A stretch of DNA of 64,000 bases from Hypanus sabinus. Taxonomy: Eukaryota. Under the pieces are notes generated by a model, which did no database searches, had not been told where the DNA came from, and saw nothing but the letters and a program-made list of their open reading frames with translations. The stretch is taken from NCBI RefSeq assembly GCF_030144855.1, contig NC_082724.1, positions 34,534,001 to 34,598,000 on the forward strand, written 5' to 3'. Below, one piece after another: positions 1-13,974 of this stretch. The position numbers were made by a program, and so were the translations under genes. How positions within the stretch are numbered: the first letter of the stretch is position 1; each line of letters opens with the position of its first letter.

Positions 1-924
1 TCTGATATCTTTATAAATTCCTTCAGAAAAAACTGTTTGAAAACAATTGAAGCACTGCAGTATGTGAAAGCAAAAATTAACAAGTTACGGTCACAGTACC
101 TTGGCGATACCGTTTATCGGAGTGACAAAGTGAAAGCTCTGCTTACATCTAATAAGTTCTGATGTTGATACTGCGGCTGTTACTTGATTCATTCAATGTA
201 TGTGTCATCATTTGGATAATAGATATCCTGTCGATGAGTTAAGAGAATGACAAGCTTTGGACCCCATTGCTTTTCAAATGCAACCAATTTTGAATTTGGA
301 AGCAAGAATGTTGTACAACTGACAAAAAAAGCTCAGCTACTATTAGGACTACAACAAAAGTGTTGCCACTAAAATAGTGCAGCAATACTATGATTTCAAA
401 TTTGTCCTTTCGAGAAAGTTGAGACTGATTCAACTGTTGGACTATATGCTTAAGAATGAAGAATTTGAAGGACTGTCAATTCTTGTTGACCTCCTTGGAA
501 CATTTCAAGTTTCTAGTTCTGACTGTGAACGTGGATTCAGTTTTGTGAATTCAAGCAAACATATATTCAGAAACAGACCAGAAGTGAAGCATTTAGATGA
601 TCTAATGACGATTAAGACGCACCTTTCAGCTGGATGCGAAATTTATCTGGACAGTGTTTATACACGATGCATTTGTAATAAATATAGACGAGAAGTAGTT
701 TATGAAATGTGAAAGATTTTTTTGTTGTACTCTATTTCATTACATCCTTCAATTAAATAAAATCTAAAGTATGTGATTTTTCAATTCTCATTCTAAATAT
801 TCATAGTACGCCAAATACAAAAAATAAATATTTAAATGCTACGCAGTTTTCAGGCCATGTAACAATTTCTTGCTCAGGGCAATGGCTGGTCGCACAGCTG
901 TAAAATAAATTAGAGGGAACATTA
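1..924 (+). mobile_element. Decayed hAT DNA transposon, 3' part (transposase C-terminal dimerisation domain), in EOGT intron
   Basis: ORF 377-712 contains SSSDCERGFS...RNR...LDDLM, typical of the hAT dimerisation domain; TIR-like end tagagggaacatta at ~911-924. Confidence 0.75.
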
Positions 925-2176
925 ATTGCACAGTATACTCACTTTGGTTTTGAAATAGACAATCTTCAAACAGTTTACTGTATTTCAAAAGTAAACATGT
1001 CAAAATTCTTAGTCCTACGGGGCTCTGTTAACATTTTATGCAGACCAGTGGCTGATAGTTTTAAAGTCAAATGTGCTCTTCTGCATAAAGTGTTTTACGA
1101 GGGACAGGTGACAATGCAGACTAAAAGCATTAATCCATGGCAACGTGGTCAAACCCAACCTCATAACAGAAAGAATCGCAACATATAATGAAACTTCATG
1201 CTTGCATATCTATGCAGCCACACAAAAAACAGCCTTTAGAATGAGGACCACATTTGGTACAGTTTTCCCCTTTTTTTCTGGTCAGTTATGTAACAAAGTC
1301 CTGCAACCTTAATTCAATTTTCAGTTCCAGATGAATTGGAAAAGTCATGATTTCGACAGTGGTCGTAAGTATAGACCACCACAACAGCAGGCACTCTAAT
1401 GGGAGCATCCGGCAGCTGATGATCAGATTCTATTCAGTGATCAAACATCATTGTTGCCTGTCTACAAGCTTCTACTTTATCTATACATTCCACTCATCAT
1501 GTTCTTGCTCCCATAGCCATACTGTCAACACCATGGACCAGTGTTGTCTTTGATACTCTTTCTCCCCCACCCCACCCCTAAGACCTATTCAAATTGATGA
1601 TATGCACATCAATCTGCAAATTAACAGACAGTCTACTCAGTAGTCAATGTTGTCACCCATGTACAGGGAAGTTTTGAATGTCTCTACTGCCTGGGATTAT
1701 CACCACTCTTGTACCCACATTTTCCCTGATAGTCTTGAGAAAAGGCTTATGGCTCTCGGTTTCCAGGTTAGGGGTGGGAGGGGATGCACCAGCCAGCTCT
1801 CCCGGCCCCTTGTTTCCTGCCACATCCTTGAATTGCTGGTTTCATCATTTTCCTCCTGATGTGTCTTTTCTCCTGCCAGTCCCCTTGCTCCTTTTTACAG
1901 GATGTTCTGCGGGAACTCCAGGGATCCTTTACTGCTTTGGACATTGACCCTCTTAGATTTGCAGGGTTCTCCTTTCCTTCTTTGAATGTCCAGCCAACCC
2001 CTGCTTCGATGTTGCTCTTGAACAGTTCTACGTCCCTTCAGACTGGTGGTTCGAGCTTCATACCATACTTGCCCCATGCTGTTTTGTTTTCCTGCTTTCC
2101 TCCCATCCATCTTTTTTTCCTCTAAAAATACAGCATTATTTCCCATCACAAAGTGCACAAATAAGATTAAACCTAC

Positions 2177-2374
2177 CTTAAATGGACAGAGAGAGTCTTT
2201 CTCACAACTAATAGCTATATCTATGTTATTGTGTAGAAAATAAGGAATATGTTCAGCAGGCAATCGAATGTTACTGTACAAAGGCTCTTCCTCGGCACTA
2301 TCCACATTGTTTTTGTCTTCTAGTCCAAATCCTCCAGCTGGTCCCATTGCAAACTGAAGCAGTATTAATATCAT
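2177..2374 (-). CDS. EOGT: EOGT first coding exon (EGF-domain O-GlcNAc transferase); gene continues beyond the left edge
   Basis: [10 protein letters not shown]...[36 protein letters not shown] resembles the vertebrate EOGT N-terminus (IRLPEEHIPFFLHNN...DSLCPYK); 66 codons then AAG|GTAGGT donor at 2176; adjacent to TMF1 as in other vertebrates. Confidence 0.93.
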
Positions 2375-3379
2375 GACTGAAAAGATAGAAGACCTAAGGG
2401 GGAAAAAAATTAAGTCCTAATAGATTTCCATTTGTGGCTTAGCAACAGAGAATGATATAAGTATTAAAATTAATTACTGAATAAAACAAAGAACTGATGC
2501 TCTAGAATGTTTATTCTGTTGAAAACGTACTCCAAAACTTCAAATTATGTTTAAGTAAACAGCGTTACTAAAATATAATTCATTGACACAGCTTCTTTCT
2601 CTTGTAATAAATGGAATTACTGCCACAGATTGTGATTTAATCTTGCCTTTAAATGAGACATAGAAATAATGAAAAGAGATTAACAAACATCTGCGTGATT
2701 CAAACCTGTGTTTAACCAGCTGGAGGTAATAATCAATTTAATATATATGTGACCTACATGAGATATAAATCCTGGAACAAAACAAGTGACTACACGCCTG
2801 TTTCAAATCTATTAGTTAACAGAAAATACAGCTCCAATTGTAAGCACTGCTTTAGACACCGCCTTGTTATAGTGCCTGGTTAGGTTGCTAGTCTCAAATG
2901 ATCACATGAAATGACACAGTGAGTACCATAACTTATATTTAGGCATTGGGCCAAGGGCTTGTGATCCTGAATGGAACCAAATTTCCAAACACTGAAGACC
3001 ACAAGGCAACCCTGCCTCCTTCCCTTGGGGCCGTATCCAGAAACTTACAGCTACTTGCGTGTTGCAGTAAACAGACTTATTTCAAGCTCAACACACACAA
3101 AATGCTGGTGGATCGCAGCAGGCCAGGCAGCATCTATAGGGAGAAGCGCTGTCGACGTTTCGGGCTGAGACCCTTCGTCAGGATTTATTTCAAGCTCTAT
3201 AGTTTATGCATTCTTTGATAATAAACGGGCTTTGAATCTTTAAAGTTATCCTAGTTCACAGGTTGTTAACATTCACAGACACCTCCCGCTGGCCCTCATA
3301 CTCTCATCGCTAACTGTCAACAAAACATTGAAAATATCAAGACAATCACTGCCATCACTCATACTAACTTGAAACCCCC

Positions 3380-4000
3380 CTGTGAATGTTCAGCACTCTC
3401 TTACACAGGATCATTCCCAATCCTGCCAACAAAGGAGACACTGTTGCTTTTTGGTTGAAATATGTTTGAACTCTCTGACATCCTCTTAGACTTTCCTCTG
3501 GTATATGTTTCCAACTCTGAACATCAGGCATTGTCTCTCAGACAGTCAATGAACTCATTTCCTTTGGATATCTTGCTTCCATAAATCCCATCTTCTTCAT
3601 TCTCCAACCACGCATAGCTCACTTCAACCTCTTCTCCAAGATCCACAAGCAGGATTCACTGGGCAGAACAATGGTCTCAGCCTATTTCTATCCAACAGAG
3701 CTCATTTCCACCTTGACCCTACCCTTTGCTCCCTCCTCCATATTCTTCCTATTTGCATCCATGCTATCTCTGAAGATTATCTCTTGCATCAAAAGTTTGC
3801 AGTTTGCTGGTCCCACCAGGACATCAAATCCCTCTGCGCCTCCTCTTCTACCAAGATGCTCTGAGGAATCCCATGATTCCTTCTTGAAAAGACAAACCAG
3901 TGTCCCTCTTGTTTTCACAATGAACAATTTCAACTTCAACTCCACTCACTTCTTGCAAATCACAAGCATCGTGGGGAACCCTCATGGGTCCTAACTGGGG
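3380..4000 (+). mobile_element. Degenerate Penelope-like retroelement RT fragment
   Basis: Broken motifs KIHK..., VSA..PTELIS, NNFNFNSTHFLQ...MGP; boundaries approximate. Confidence 0.6.
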
Positions 4001-4659
4001 GCAGAAAATTCTGAGAGAGTCAGCAAGCAAAGCAGCATCATTTTTAATGAGACCTACTTTCTATCACCTCAGATGCTACCTGGTTAACTAATTATCTTCA
4101 GCAATTCTTGTTTTTATTTCAGATTTTCAGGATCAACAGTAATTGCTTTTTGTCAAGCTTGTGTTTTCAAGTTGCATGTGTCCCTTCATGAGCAAAATGA
4201 CATAATCCATGTTTCAGTCATTCTAACGTTCCTCACTTAATTTCCCAGTTCACTAGGGCTGCTTCGGAAATCAAATCCCTTTTTGCGTTCTACTTGATCA
4301 CTTTCTAAAGACAGTGGTGTTTTTTTTTTAATTATTAAACGTAATTTTGGAAATCCGAATTAATAGCAAACCTGCATGAAAACACTCACCAAGTCAGACA
4401 CCATCTGTGGAGAGAAAAAAACAGAAACATGTCAGGTCTAGGAGCAGGGTGAACAATGATGCCATTCCAGAACCCCCAACACATAAACAGGGCAAATCGA
4501 CAAGTAATAAGCAAAACACAAATCTTTATCGGATGGGCCAAGAATTTTCTTGCGTAGTCTAGCTGCGATTTTAACGATTATAACCTGTTTTAATCTACCC
4601 CAGCTTCTCATTCTGCAAGTTTACTAAACCTTAATGAGAAAGGATTCGCTCTCAACCAG

Positions 4660-5030
4660 TGTTCACACCGAAAAGTGGTTTCGATGCTTTTTCTTTTCTC
4701 TCCACACGTCCCCACAAACCCTGCACTAAATAGCGGACAGCTGATGAGACTCTCGGAGTTTTGCGGTAACAATGTATCGTCCCTAGGACTTGCTACCTGG
4801 GCCGGCGTACAGGGAAAAAGCTGGACAAGCGCGGCGCCATCACAAGTGCAACATCACAACCTTCCCCCAGAAGCAGGGAAGCGATGGGAAGTACCTCCGC
4901 CGCTCGGGGGGAGTACCACTCGGGGTAGAAAATATCGCAGAGATTTGACGGTTCCAGGGATGACATCGCGGTTTACATTCTTGTTTCTTTATTGGGCTTA
5001 CATTGCAACTTTGACCGTACTCAGAACGTA
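4660..5030 (-). promoter_or_regulatory. EOGT: CpG-enriched region, probable EOGT promoter / non-coding first exon
   Basis: Local CpG enrichment ~2.4 kb upstream of the EOGT ATG; minus-strand CCAAT at ~4991-4995; weak candidate donor CAG|GTAGCA at 4797. Confidence 0.45.
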
Positions 5031-5924
5031 ATCCATTGAATGTACTTCATGCAAGTTATTTCTATCCAGAGCTGAATTTAAAATCGAAAGTACTATATTT
5101 TAAATGCATTTGTTGCACAGCGACTTTATTTTCTCTAAAGTCTTGAAATCGCATATAATAGCAGAATTCTTCTATCGGGCAATAGAATCAAAGATTCATT
5201 TTGACTGTGAGCGATTACTGAAGCCTGGATCTGATGCCTCGATAGAAAAGGAAATGGTTTCACTTTCCCCGGGGCAGCTTCTGATGAGACTCAAGAGGTA
5301 CAATAAATAAATAACTGCGCGTCATCCTTCAAAATCATTAGCGGGAAACGGTACGCTGTCAATGTCCTTTGCTCATTCCCCATCAGACAACAGTTAGAGG
5401 CTCACACAATTAGGTGAAGGCATTACATTTTCAATGAGGCTTTGAGAACGCGACTGAATCAACTTCTCTGCCGTTCCAGCAATCTCTGGCCTTGTTGGAA
5501 CCCAGAGTGTCGGCTTTGGGAATCTGGCATCATGGGCACTCAGTAGGAGCCCAATGTAATCAGAGCAGTAATGTTGTGAATGTTTGGCCGAGAAGGCGCA
5601 GAGACATGGTTTTGATTTTAACCAATGGATTTGGGGATTATTCCCGAGGTATTGCAAGTATTTTGGTCCTTCCATCCTGCTCTGCAAGTCAATGGTATGT
5701 CTGATTGAACCTTCCTCGTCCATTTTAGCCCTCTCCACCAAAACTCCTCCTCTTTCAAATTTAAAATCAATCTCAGCTTTGAATATATTTAAGGATTAAT
5801 CTTCCACACCTTTGAAGTAAGGAATTCTAAAGACTCAGAATGAAAATTATCGTCAGTTTTCAACGGGCACTGTCTTAATATGAGACTGCCTCGTTGTAGA
5901 GGCGGCGGCACTAACAGTACTGTT

Positions 5925-6640
5925 ACAGTGGGCAGTGGCAGGTGTAACAATTATCCCTGCAAGCAGGACAAAGTGCCAAGAGGGAGATCAGCGGGAAGGG
6001 ACGAATGGACAAGGAAGTCACGTAGAGAGTGATCCTGTGGAAAATGGAGAAGGGAAGGATGTGCTCGGCGGTGGGAAAAGGCAGAAAAATGGCATGCTGG
6101 ACCTGGAGGAGGGCGAGTACAAGGGGGAACCCTGTCTCAATTATGGCAGTGGGAAGATGGGGTGAGGGCATTTGTGCAGGAAATGTAGAAGATACAGGCA
6201 GCATTGATGGCGATGGAAGAAAAGCCACATTTGTTAAAGGAGGAAGATGACATTTCATATTCTGAAATGGAAAGCCTCGTCCTGAGAGCAGATGCAGCAG
6301 AGACAGAGGAACTGAGAAAAGGATTATCTCCCCACCCCCACCCACACACACAAGTGTCAGGCTAGGAAGAGGTATAGTCAAGATAGACACAAGAAAGAGT
6401 TTATAAAAGATACCAGTCTTTTAGGCGGTTTATAAAAGATACCAGTCAATAATATATTTCTTCTGAGATGAAGACAGCAAGATTGAGAAAAGGAAGAGAT
6501 GATTCAAATGGACCAAGTGAACATAAGGTCAGGTTGGAAGTTGGAGAGGCAAAGTTGATAAATTTGACAAGCATGAGTGCAAGCAACAGCACCAATGTAG
6601 TCAATGTAATATAAAAAGAATTGGAGAGCATTACATCATT
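5925..6640 (-). mobile_element. Degenerate Penelope-like element fragment
   Basis: Minus-strand remnants LVKFINFAS and CPACRDNCYTC (Cys motif before the GIY-YIG endonuclease); boundaries approximate. Confidence 0.55.
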
Positions 6641-7306
6641 CCAACATTATTAAATCTCTAACATAGATTTTGTGATATCTGAAAAGCAATAGAGGCCCAC
6701 ATTAACCAGGTTATTAGAACATAGAATAATAAGATTTTCCAGTAAGATGGTGGCTTGGTTGCAGTGGCTTCTATGGGTCCAACAAATGGTGTAAATGATT
6801 GTCATGTTTTTCTTGTGATTCCAAGACTCTGTGGTACATTGCTAATACAAAATACTGCAAGTTTGATCATTGGTTCATTGGTAAAACCATTGAGGGTTTG
6901 CTCAGACCACGTCTTCATCATGGCTTACAGCTGCTCGGGGGAAGAGGCACCAGAGGTGGTGTGGGAGAGAACAGAGGCACAAGCAGGCACTCTGTGATCT
7001 GTGGTGGGTTGGAGGCCGGCTCTCACATCAGTGCTGCTCTCTGGTGTTCGCTCCCTGGAAGACAAGCACACTGTGGCTGACCCAGTGTGAGATGTGGGGC
7101 TGCTGCATGCTTATTTTTGCAGAAATGTGGCCCCAGGATAACATCTCATGCACCATCGATCTATAGGCCATGCCACCCAGGGGCCAGAGCTAATTTTTTT
7201 TTGACTGTGCTATTGTAACTATATGTGCTGTGTGTGACTTGACTGCATGCTGTGTGTTAAGCACCATGGACCCAGATGAACCATGTTTCATTTAGCTGTA
7301 GATTTA

Positions 7307-8655
7307 TAGTGCCCATAAAAAGATCTAAATTAATTACAAACATAAAACTCAATAATTGATTCCATAAGTATTTGCCCCCTTCAAGTCGGTATTTAGTAAG
7401 ATGCACCTTTGGCAGCAATTATAGCCTCGAGTCTGTGTGGATAGGTCTCTATCATCTGGACACTGCAGTTTTCCCCATTCTTCTTTACAGAACTGCTCTG
7501 TCAGATTGCATGGGGATCATGAGTAAACAGCCCTTTTCAAGTCCAGCCACAAATTCTTAATTGGATTCAGGTCTGGACTGACATGGCCACTCCAGGACAT
7601 TAACTTTGTTCTTAAGCCATTCCTGTGTAACTTTGACATTATGCTTGGGGTCATTGTCTTGCTGGAGACTAAGCCTTCTCCCAAGTCACAGTTATCTTGC
7701 AGACTGAATCAGGTTTTCCTATATTTTGCTGCATTCAATTTACCCTCTAACTTCACAAGTCCTCCAGGGCCTGTTGTAGTGAAGCACCCCCACAGCACAA
7801 TGCAACCATCATGCTTCAAGGTAGGGACGGTGTTTTTGTTCATGTATAGGGTTAGGCTTACGCGAAACATAGCATTTAGTCTGATGGCCTAAAAGCTAAA
7901 TTCTGGGTTCATCAGACCGCACAACCCTCTTCCAGCTGACTTGAGTCTCCCACACATCTTCTGGCAAACTCTAGCCGAGGTATTGTGCAAATTTTCTTCA
8001 ACAGTGGCTTTCCCTTTGCCACTTTCCCATAAAATTGTGACTGGTGAAGCACCTGGGCATCATTTGTTGCATTTCCATCTCACTCATTGAAACTTGCAAC
8101 TCCTCCAGAGTTGTCACAGGTCTCTCACTGGTCCCCTTCTTGCCCCGTCACTCAGCATTGAAGGACGACCTGCTCTACGCAGATTTACAGCAGTGTCATG
8201 TTCTTCCCATTTCTTGATGATTGACTTAACTGTACTCCAAGGGCTGTTCAGTGACTTGCAAAATCACTTGTATCCATCTCGTGCTTTTCAATAACCTTTT
8301 TACAGAGTTGCTTGGGGTGTTCTTTTGTCTTCATGGTGTAGTTTTTGCCAGGTACTGACTCACCAGCAGTTGGACCTTCCAGTTACAAGTGTATTTTTTA
8401 CTGCAATCAATTGAAACACCTTGACTGTACACAAGTCTCCAAAAACAGATCTCTGTTTAACTAATTATTTGACTTCCAAAACCAATTGGCTGCATCAATG
8501 ATGATTTGGTGTGTAATATTAAAGTGGGTGAATAGTTTTGGAATCAATTATTTTGTTTTATATTTGTAATTAATTTGGATCACTTTGTAGGGATTTGTTT
8601 TCACTTTGACTCAAGAGTCTTTTTCCTGTTAAAAAGCTAAATTAAATCCACTGTG
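7307..8655 (-). mobile_element. Decayed, truncated Tc1/mariner transposon
   Basis: Minus strand reads ATG (8334) MKTKEH..., FQQDNDPKH-like, WP..SPD.NPI and IAAKGA..KY motifs with frameshifts; TA-(c>t)AGTG terminus at 7305-7311. Confidence 0.75.
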
Positions 8656-9895
8656 ATCTCCCTTCATGCCTTGACCGATCAAGAATCTATCAGCCTCTGC
8701 CTTAAATATATATACAGACTTGGCCTCCAGAGCTGCCAGTGGCAACAAATTCCACAGATTCACAAGTGTATAGTTGAATGACAACTGAACATAAACTAAT
8801 ACAGAACAGGACAGGCCCACGATGTTGTGCCAACCTTTTAACCTACTTTAGGATCAATCTAGCCTTCCCTCCCTCCATTTTTCTTTCACCTGTGTGCCTT
8901 AGGAGTCTCTTCAATGCCCCTAATACCTACATATTAGCTATTTCTGCCCTGGAAAAAGTCTCTAGCTGCCCACTCTATCTAGGCCTCTTACTTGTACATC
9001 TCAATCAAGTCACCATTTATTTTGTTATTAAGGTCTTTTTACAATCTTCATTCATTCCCGAGTTAGAACCAGGACATACAATTGGTACTTTTATTAAATG
9101 ACAGAACTCAATGACTCAACCGTCTGCAAAATTCATTTAACAGAGTGGTAGACCCAGAAGAAAAAAGATTGTCACTTTATCACATGACTGTACTGTACTT
9201 AAAATAAAAAATGGGAAATGGAGCAGTATTTTTGTTGTTTCCACTCCTAAAAATCTCTCCCCATTTTTAAATGTTGATCTAACGGCTTAAATTATCAAGT
9301 TGAATTTATCCTTGGTCAGAGTTAAGCACAATACTTCTGAAAGGAAAATGTCTTTTACACAAAAAGGGGAGTTCAGATGTTTTTAAAATATGCAGATGAT
9401 TTCCAGCACAATAATAAGCTAATATAATCTTCCATTTACAAATGGTTACAATGGAAAAGAAAGGAATGGTGGGTAAAAGGTCACAATCTACTTTTAAATT
9501 ACTGAGACACAAGTTTTGGGTATTCAAGCAACATAACAATCTTTAAATACCACCATTTACCGGTAAAGAAACAAGTGTTGTTCAAAATCTTGTGAACATC
9601 TAACATGGGAATTCCTTACCTCTCCAAAATTGTACAGATGGCAAGGTCAGACACCAATTCCAAATGCGAAAAAGGAACAGAAAGTTGACTCAAATCAGGA
9701 ATCCATTAAGTAAAATGCAAAGTTATGAATTCAAGCAGTAGGACAGCAGATGACTGTTCAGACATATGAAATTGCAATCATAAAAACAATGTTTTGATGC
9801 TCAGGAAATGTACAAGGGTCAAAATTCTAAGTCAGCAGCTGTTAAAGTTCACAAATTAATTTATCCAGGAGATATTAATGATGCATTAAAGGTTT

Positions 9896-10777
9896 CGAAA
9901 CATAGAAAACCTACAGCACAATACAGGCCCTTCAGCCCACAAAGTTGTGCCAAACATGTCCCTACCTTAGAAATTACTAGAGTTACCCATAGCCCTCTAT
10001 TTTTCTAAGCTCCATGTATCTATCCAAAAGTCTCTTAAAATCCCTATCATATCCACCTACACCACCATTGCCAGCAGCCCATTCCACACACTGACCACTC
10101 TCTGCATAAAAAAAACTTACCCCTGACATCTCCTCTGTACCTGCTTCCAGGCACCTTAAAACTGTAATCTCTTGTGGCAGCCATTTCAGCCCTGGGCAAA
10201 AGCCTCTGACTATCCACATGATCAATGTCTCTCATCATCTTATACACCTCTATCAGGTCACCTCTCATTCTCCTTCACTCCAAGAAGAAAAGGCCGAGTT
10301 CACTCAACCAGTCTTCATAAAGCATGCCCCCCCAATCCAGGCAACATCCTTGCAAATCTCCTCTGCACCCTTTCTATGGTTTCCACATCCTTCCTGTAGT
10401 GAGGTGACCAGAACTGAGCACAGTACTCCAAGTGGGGTCTGACCAGGGTCTAATATAGCTGCAACATACCTCTCGGCTTCTAAATTCAATTCCACGATTG
10501 ATGATGGCCAATACACCCTATGCCTTCTTAACCGTGGTTAAGGGTTTGGGCTGGCAATCTGAAGGTTAATTCAAGCCCAGCGTGTGTGTCCTTGAGCAAG
10601 GCACTTAACCACACACTGCTCCTGCACGGTTATAGCCCAGTGGCGGTGGTTGGTGTAGTATGGACAAGATAAGGCATTGTTTCTGCGCAGCTGCTTTGAG
10701 CATCCTATGGACTCAGACCCCAAGATCCCTCAGATCCTCCACACTGCCAAGAGGCTTACTATTAATACTATATTCTA
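9896..10777 (-). mobile_element. CR1 LINE 3' fragment, interrupted by a SINE-like insert
   Basis: MRGDLIEVYKMMR...; (agaaacat)-type 3' tail at ~9896-9910; similar to 14575-15310. Confidence 0.85.
10534..10682 (+). mobile_element. SINE-like insert inside CR1
   Basis: Interrupts CR1 between ttcttaacc and ctgcgcagc; contains the tgtgtccttgagcaaggcacttaacc core seen in vertebrate tRNA-derived SINEs. Confidence 0.55.
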
Positions 10778-11559
10778 CTGTAATGGTGACATATACATAA
10801 TTTGATAGTGGATTTACTTTGAAATTTGAGACTTCAAGAACGTCACTGCACACAATGTCAGCTTGTGCATGAAAGGTTAAAGCATTTGCAATTTTGTTCA
10901 ATCAAAGGTGCTGAGTAGTTTATTCCATCTTTACATTCTCTGAGGATCTCCATTATCACATAAGCTAACTTCAGGCCAATCTGATCCATAGAAACCATGT
11001 CAAGAAATATCTGAGAGTACTGGATGCGGCAAAGGCTGTAACATCAGGTAACATCCCAGCTGTAGCTCTACTCCGAACTAGTCAAATTTCTAGCTACGTA
11101 GTTTTGGTCCAGTTAACCAAATGTGGCATCAAGGGGCCCTGGTATAACTGAAAGGGTATTAAAGGGAAAACACGCCAACAATTGGAGTCCTAGCTCACAG
11201 AAATGAGGATATTTGTGTCTGCTGGAATTCAATCACCATAACCCCAGGACATCACTGTATGAGTTCCTCAGAACTGTGCCCTGTTGCTTTGTTCACCATT
11301 TCTCAAGTGTACAAAGCAGTCCACGCTAAATGCAGACAGATCCGTGCAAAATTCAGTCTCATGCTCTTAAGTGAAAAGCAATAGCCATCTCCAACAAGTG
11401 AGAGACTAACCATCTACTTTTGATGTTCAGTAGAACAACCATGACTGACTGGATCACCACCATCAACACCCTGTCACCACTGAGCAGAAACTCAAGTAGT
11501 CCAGCCATTTTCCTACTATTGCTTCAAAGGATTTGAAGACTAACTACAATTCTAGAATT

Positions 11560-13830
11560 ACAGTGAGTTTAACATTTATTATAATTATCTATACATCACC
11601 AAGTGGAACTTTTTAAAGCATCAGACCATAAATTGGGTTATCAGTAACATTAATTTTACTATACCATAACATGCAACTGTATGGAATTCACTTTGGCTCA
11701 GTTCCAAAGGCAATGGCAGCATGATTCAGGATTCTAGTACCAGTCAACCAGCTGTGAATGAGAGAAATTCTTTATAGCAGTAGCTTGAGAACATCTTTAT
11801 GAAAAGGCAAATGGAGCATTAATGCTAAAACCTTTTGTTTTAAAATTTTACAAATGATTAGAAATCATATCCAAGAAATGGCTATTATAAATAAAAATTA
11901 TTTATTCAATCCCTTCAATGATGAAGCCATACATCAAAGTTAGATGACACAGCAGAATGATATGCTTAGAGAAAAGCATTCTATTCTACTAACACCAAGT
12001 AATAAATAAATTGTACACATTCAAGCCCAAAAATCATCAAATTTGTAGTTCAGCAGATAAAATACCTTCTAAGAGGAAACGTCTTTTAATGCGTTAGGTA
12101 CCAAAATGACTCTTAAGATAAACATGCTGTAGTTTCTAAAATATACTACTTAATACGAATATTTTAAGTCACAAGAGGAAATAATCAAATGTTAATATCT
12201 AATGAATAAATCAAAAACAAATATTAACATACTCTAAAAGTTGTTGCCATGTTCTTGAGAATTTTAAAAATTTGTCAACATTGGTTTCTTTCACTCACAA
12301 ATACCTATCACCAAACATTGCCATTCATAACTGAGCAATGCAAAAACATTTTTAGAAAATTAAAGATGTGAATGCAACACAAATTAGAAATTATATCAAG
12401 GTATGAACATACTGATGATTCTTGTTTCACAATTCATATACATTCAGCTTCTTCAATACAAACAAATTTGTCCAAATTTTGCAGGTTCAATATATTCGTT
12501 CAAAAATACACTATTATAAATATCACCAGATTAGAATAGTGATACTCCACTAAATTTGGTAACCTCTAAAATTAATGTTCTTTAAAGGCAACAACTTTGA
12601 TAAGCAACAACTTTTGCTCTGCATAGATACTGAATAGCTTTGCATATATTTCTTTCTTTGTTCCCAATTTTGGTATTTTAATAGATATTAACTTCAAGAT
12701 AGATATTTTACAAGGAGGTAAACAAAAGGAATAAATCATAATTCTTAAACCTTTTTTCCTCAAAGCAACATAATTACTACCAGTATTTTATGAAAACCAG
12801 GAATTAAATGCCTGCCCATTGGTCAAGAAATATGCTTAGTGAACATATTAAAAATAATTAGCTTCCAGATTTAAAACTATATTTAAAAGAACAAAATTAT
12901 CCCCTTTAGGGTCCAGCCCAAGGAAGAAATGTAGTTGAAGTCATTTATCAGTTATTACATCTAATGTAAAATCTGAAGTTCATCTCTACCATAGTAAACA
13001 CCAGCAGATCAGACAAGAGACTTTATTATCCAAGTCCCACTGTTACACAAAGTAAATTATTTACAGTTTAAATTTACATTTGGAAGATACAATAGCATAG
13101 ATTATGAATTCCAAATTTAGAAAATTAGTTTAAATAAATCATTTTAATTTATTTTAATGCACAGAATAGAGCAAAGAAAATGTATTAATGTTACTAAGTG
13201 CATAAGCTATACAGAAGATTCTACTACTAATAGTTTTTTTTTAATTCAGGTATTAAATTAGTGCAACTATTAGCAAAAGTAGGCCAATTACCAATCGCAA
13301 GACATCATCTTGTACTGGTGACTTTGTTTATATTTCAATAGTAATTTTGAAATGTGTGTAGTTCATTAACAATTAGAACATTGAATAGTATACACACATT
13401 GAATTTCTTCTCAAGTCATCGAGTAAAACTATTAATAGTGTCATGAAGGGCCTGGTTAACTTAAACATTTACCATCTTTGACAGATAATGCTTTAGGCTG
13501 ATCAATTAAGTTTGATAAAATTGGTCCATCTTTTACTTGGAAATACAACTATACAGAAAAGTACCTTTTTGAGATCTTCACCCTAAAGGATCGGCTCATA
13601 ATTCTTCATAATATTGCACTTGAATCTGCACTTCACTTTATGTACAAGTTACGTCAGTAAATTTTCCAACATCAATGCATAATTTTCCTCTAATGCAACA
13701 GCAGATGATTAACATTACACTGATAATACTATTATATTTACAACCATATATTTACATTCTATGCCAAAAAGCTGTCAGCAGTATTGCAATTCACATTAAC
13801 GGAAACTTGGAAAGAGGCGAGTAAAGGAAG
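11560..13830 (-). other. TMF1: Probable TMF1 3' UTR (AT-rich, free of recognisable repeats)
   Basis: Follows the stop codon; minus-strand AATAAA at 11901-11906 and 11575-11580; 3' end is inferred. Confidence 0.5.
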
Positions 13831-13974
13831 TCAAGTCAGCCTCTGCTTTAATAATTCATCAATTTGGGTCTTATACATGTTTTTCACATCTTCCAAGTCC
13901 AGCCGCAGTTCCTCAGCTTCCTCAGCTTTTTCACCATACATCTGTAATATGGTGTTGTATCGTTGATCAATATC
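13831..13974 (-). CDS. TMF1: TMF1 exon 17 (last coding, 144 nt incl. stop)
   Basis: tttag|DIDQRYNTILQMYGEKAEEAEELRLDLEDVKNMYKTQIDELLKQRLT*. Confidence 0.95.
   Translation of the reverse strand, partial: DIDQRYNTILQMYGEKAEEAEELRLDLEDVKNMYKTQIDELLKQRLT

Noticed and set aside
1895-2176. C-terminal 93 aa of the 159-aa EOGT ORF
   Set aside because: Read-through into the intron past the GT donor at 2176
6400-6447. 20-bp direct repeat gtttataaaagataccagtc; similar small duplication near 22300-22340
   Set aside because: Ordinary local slippage/repair duplications
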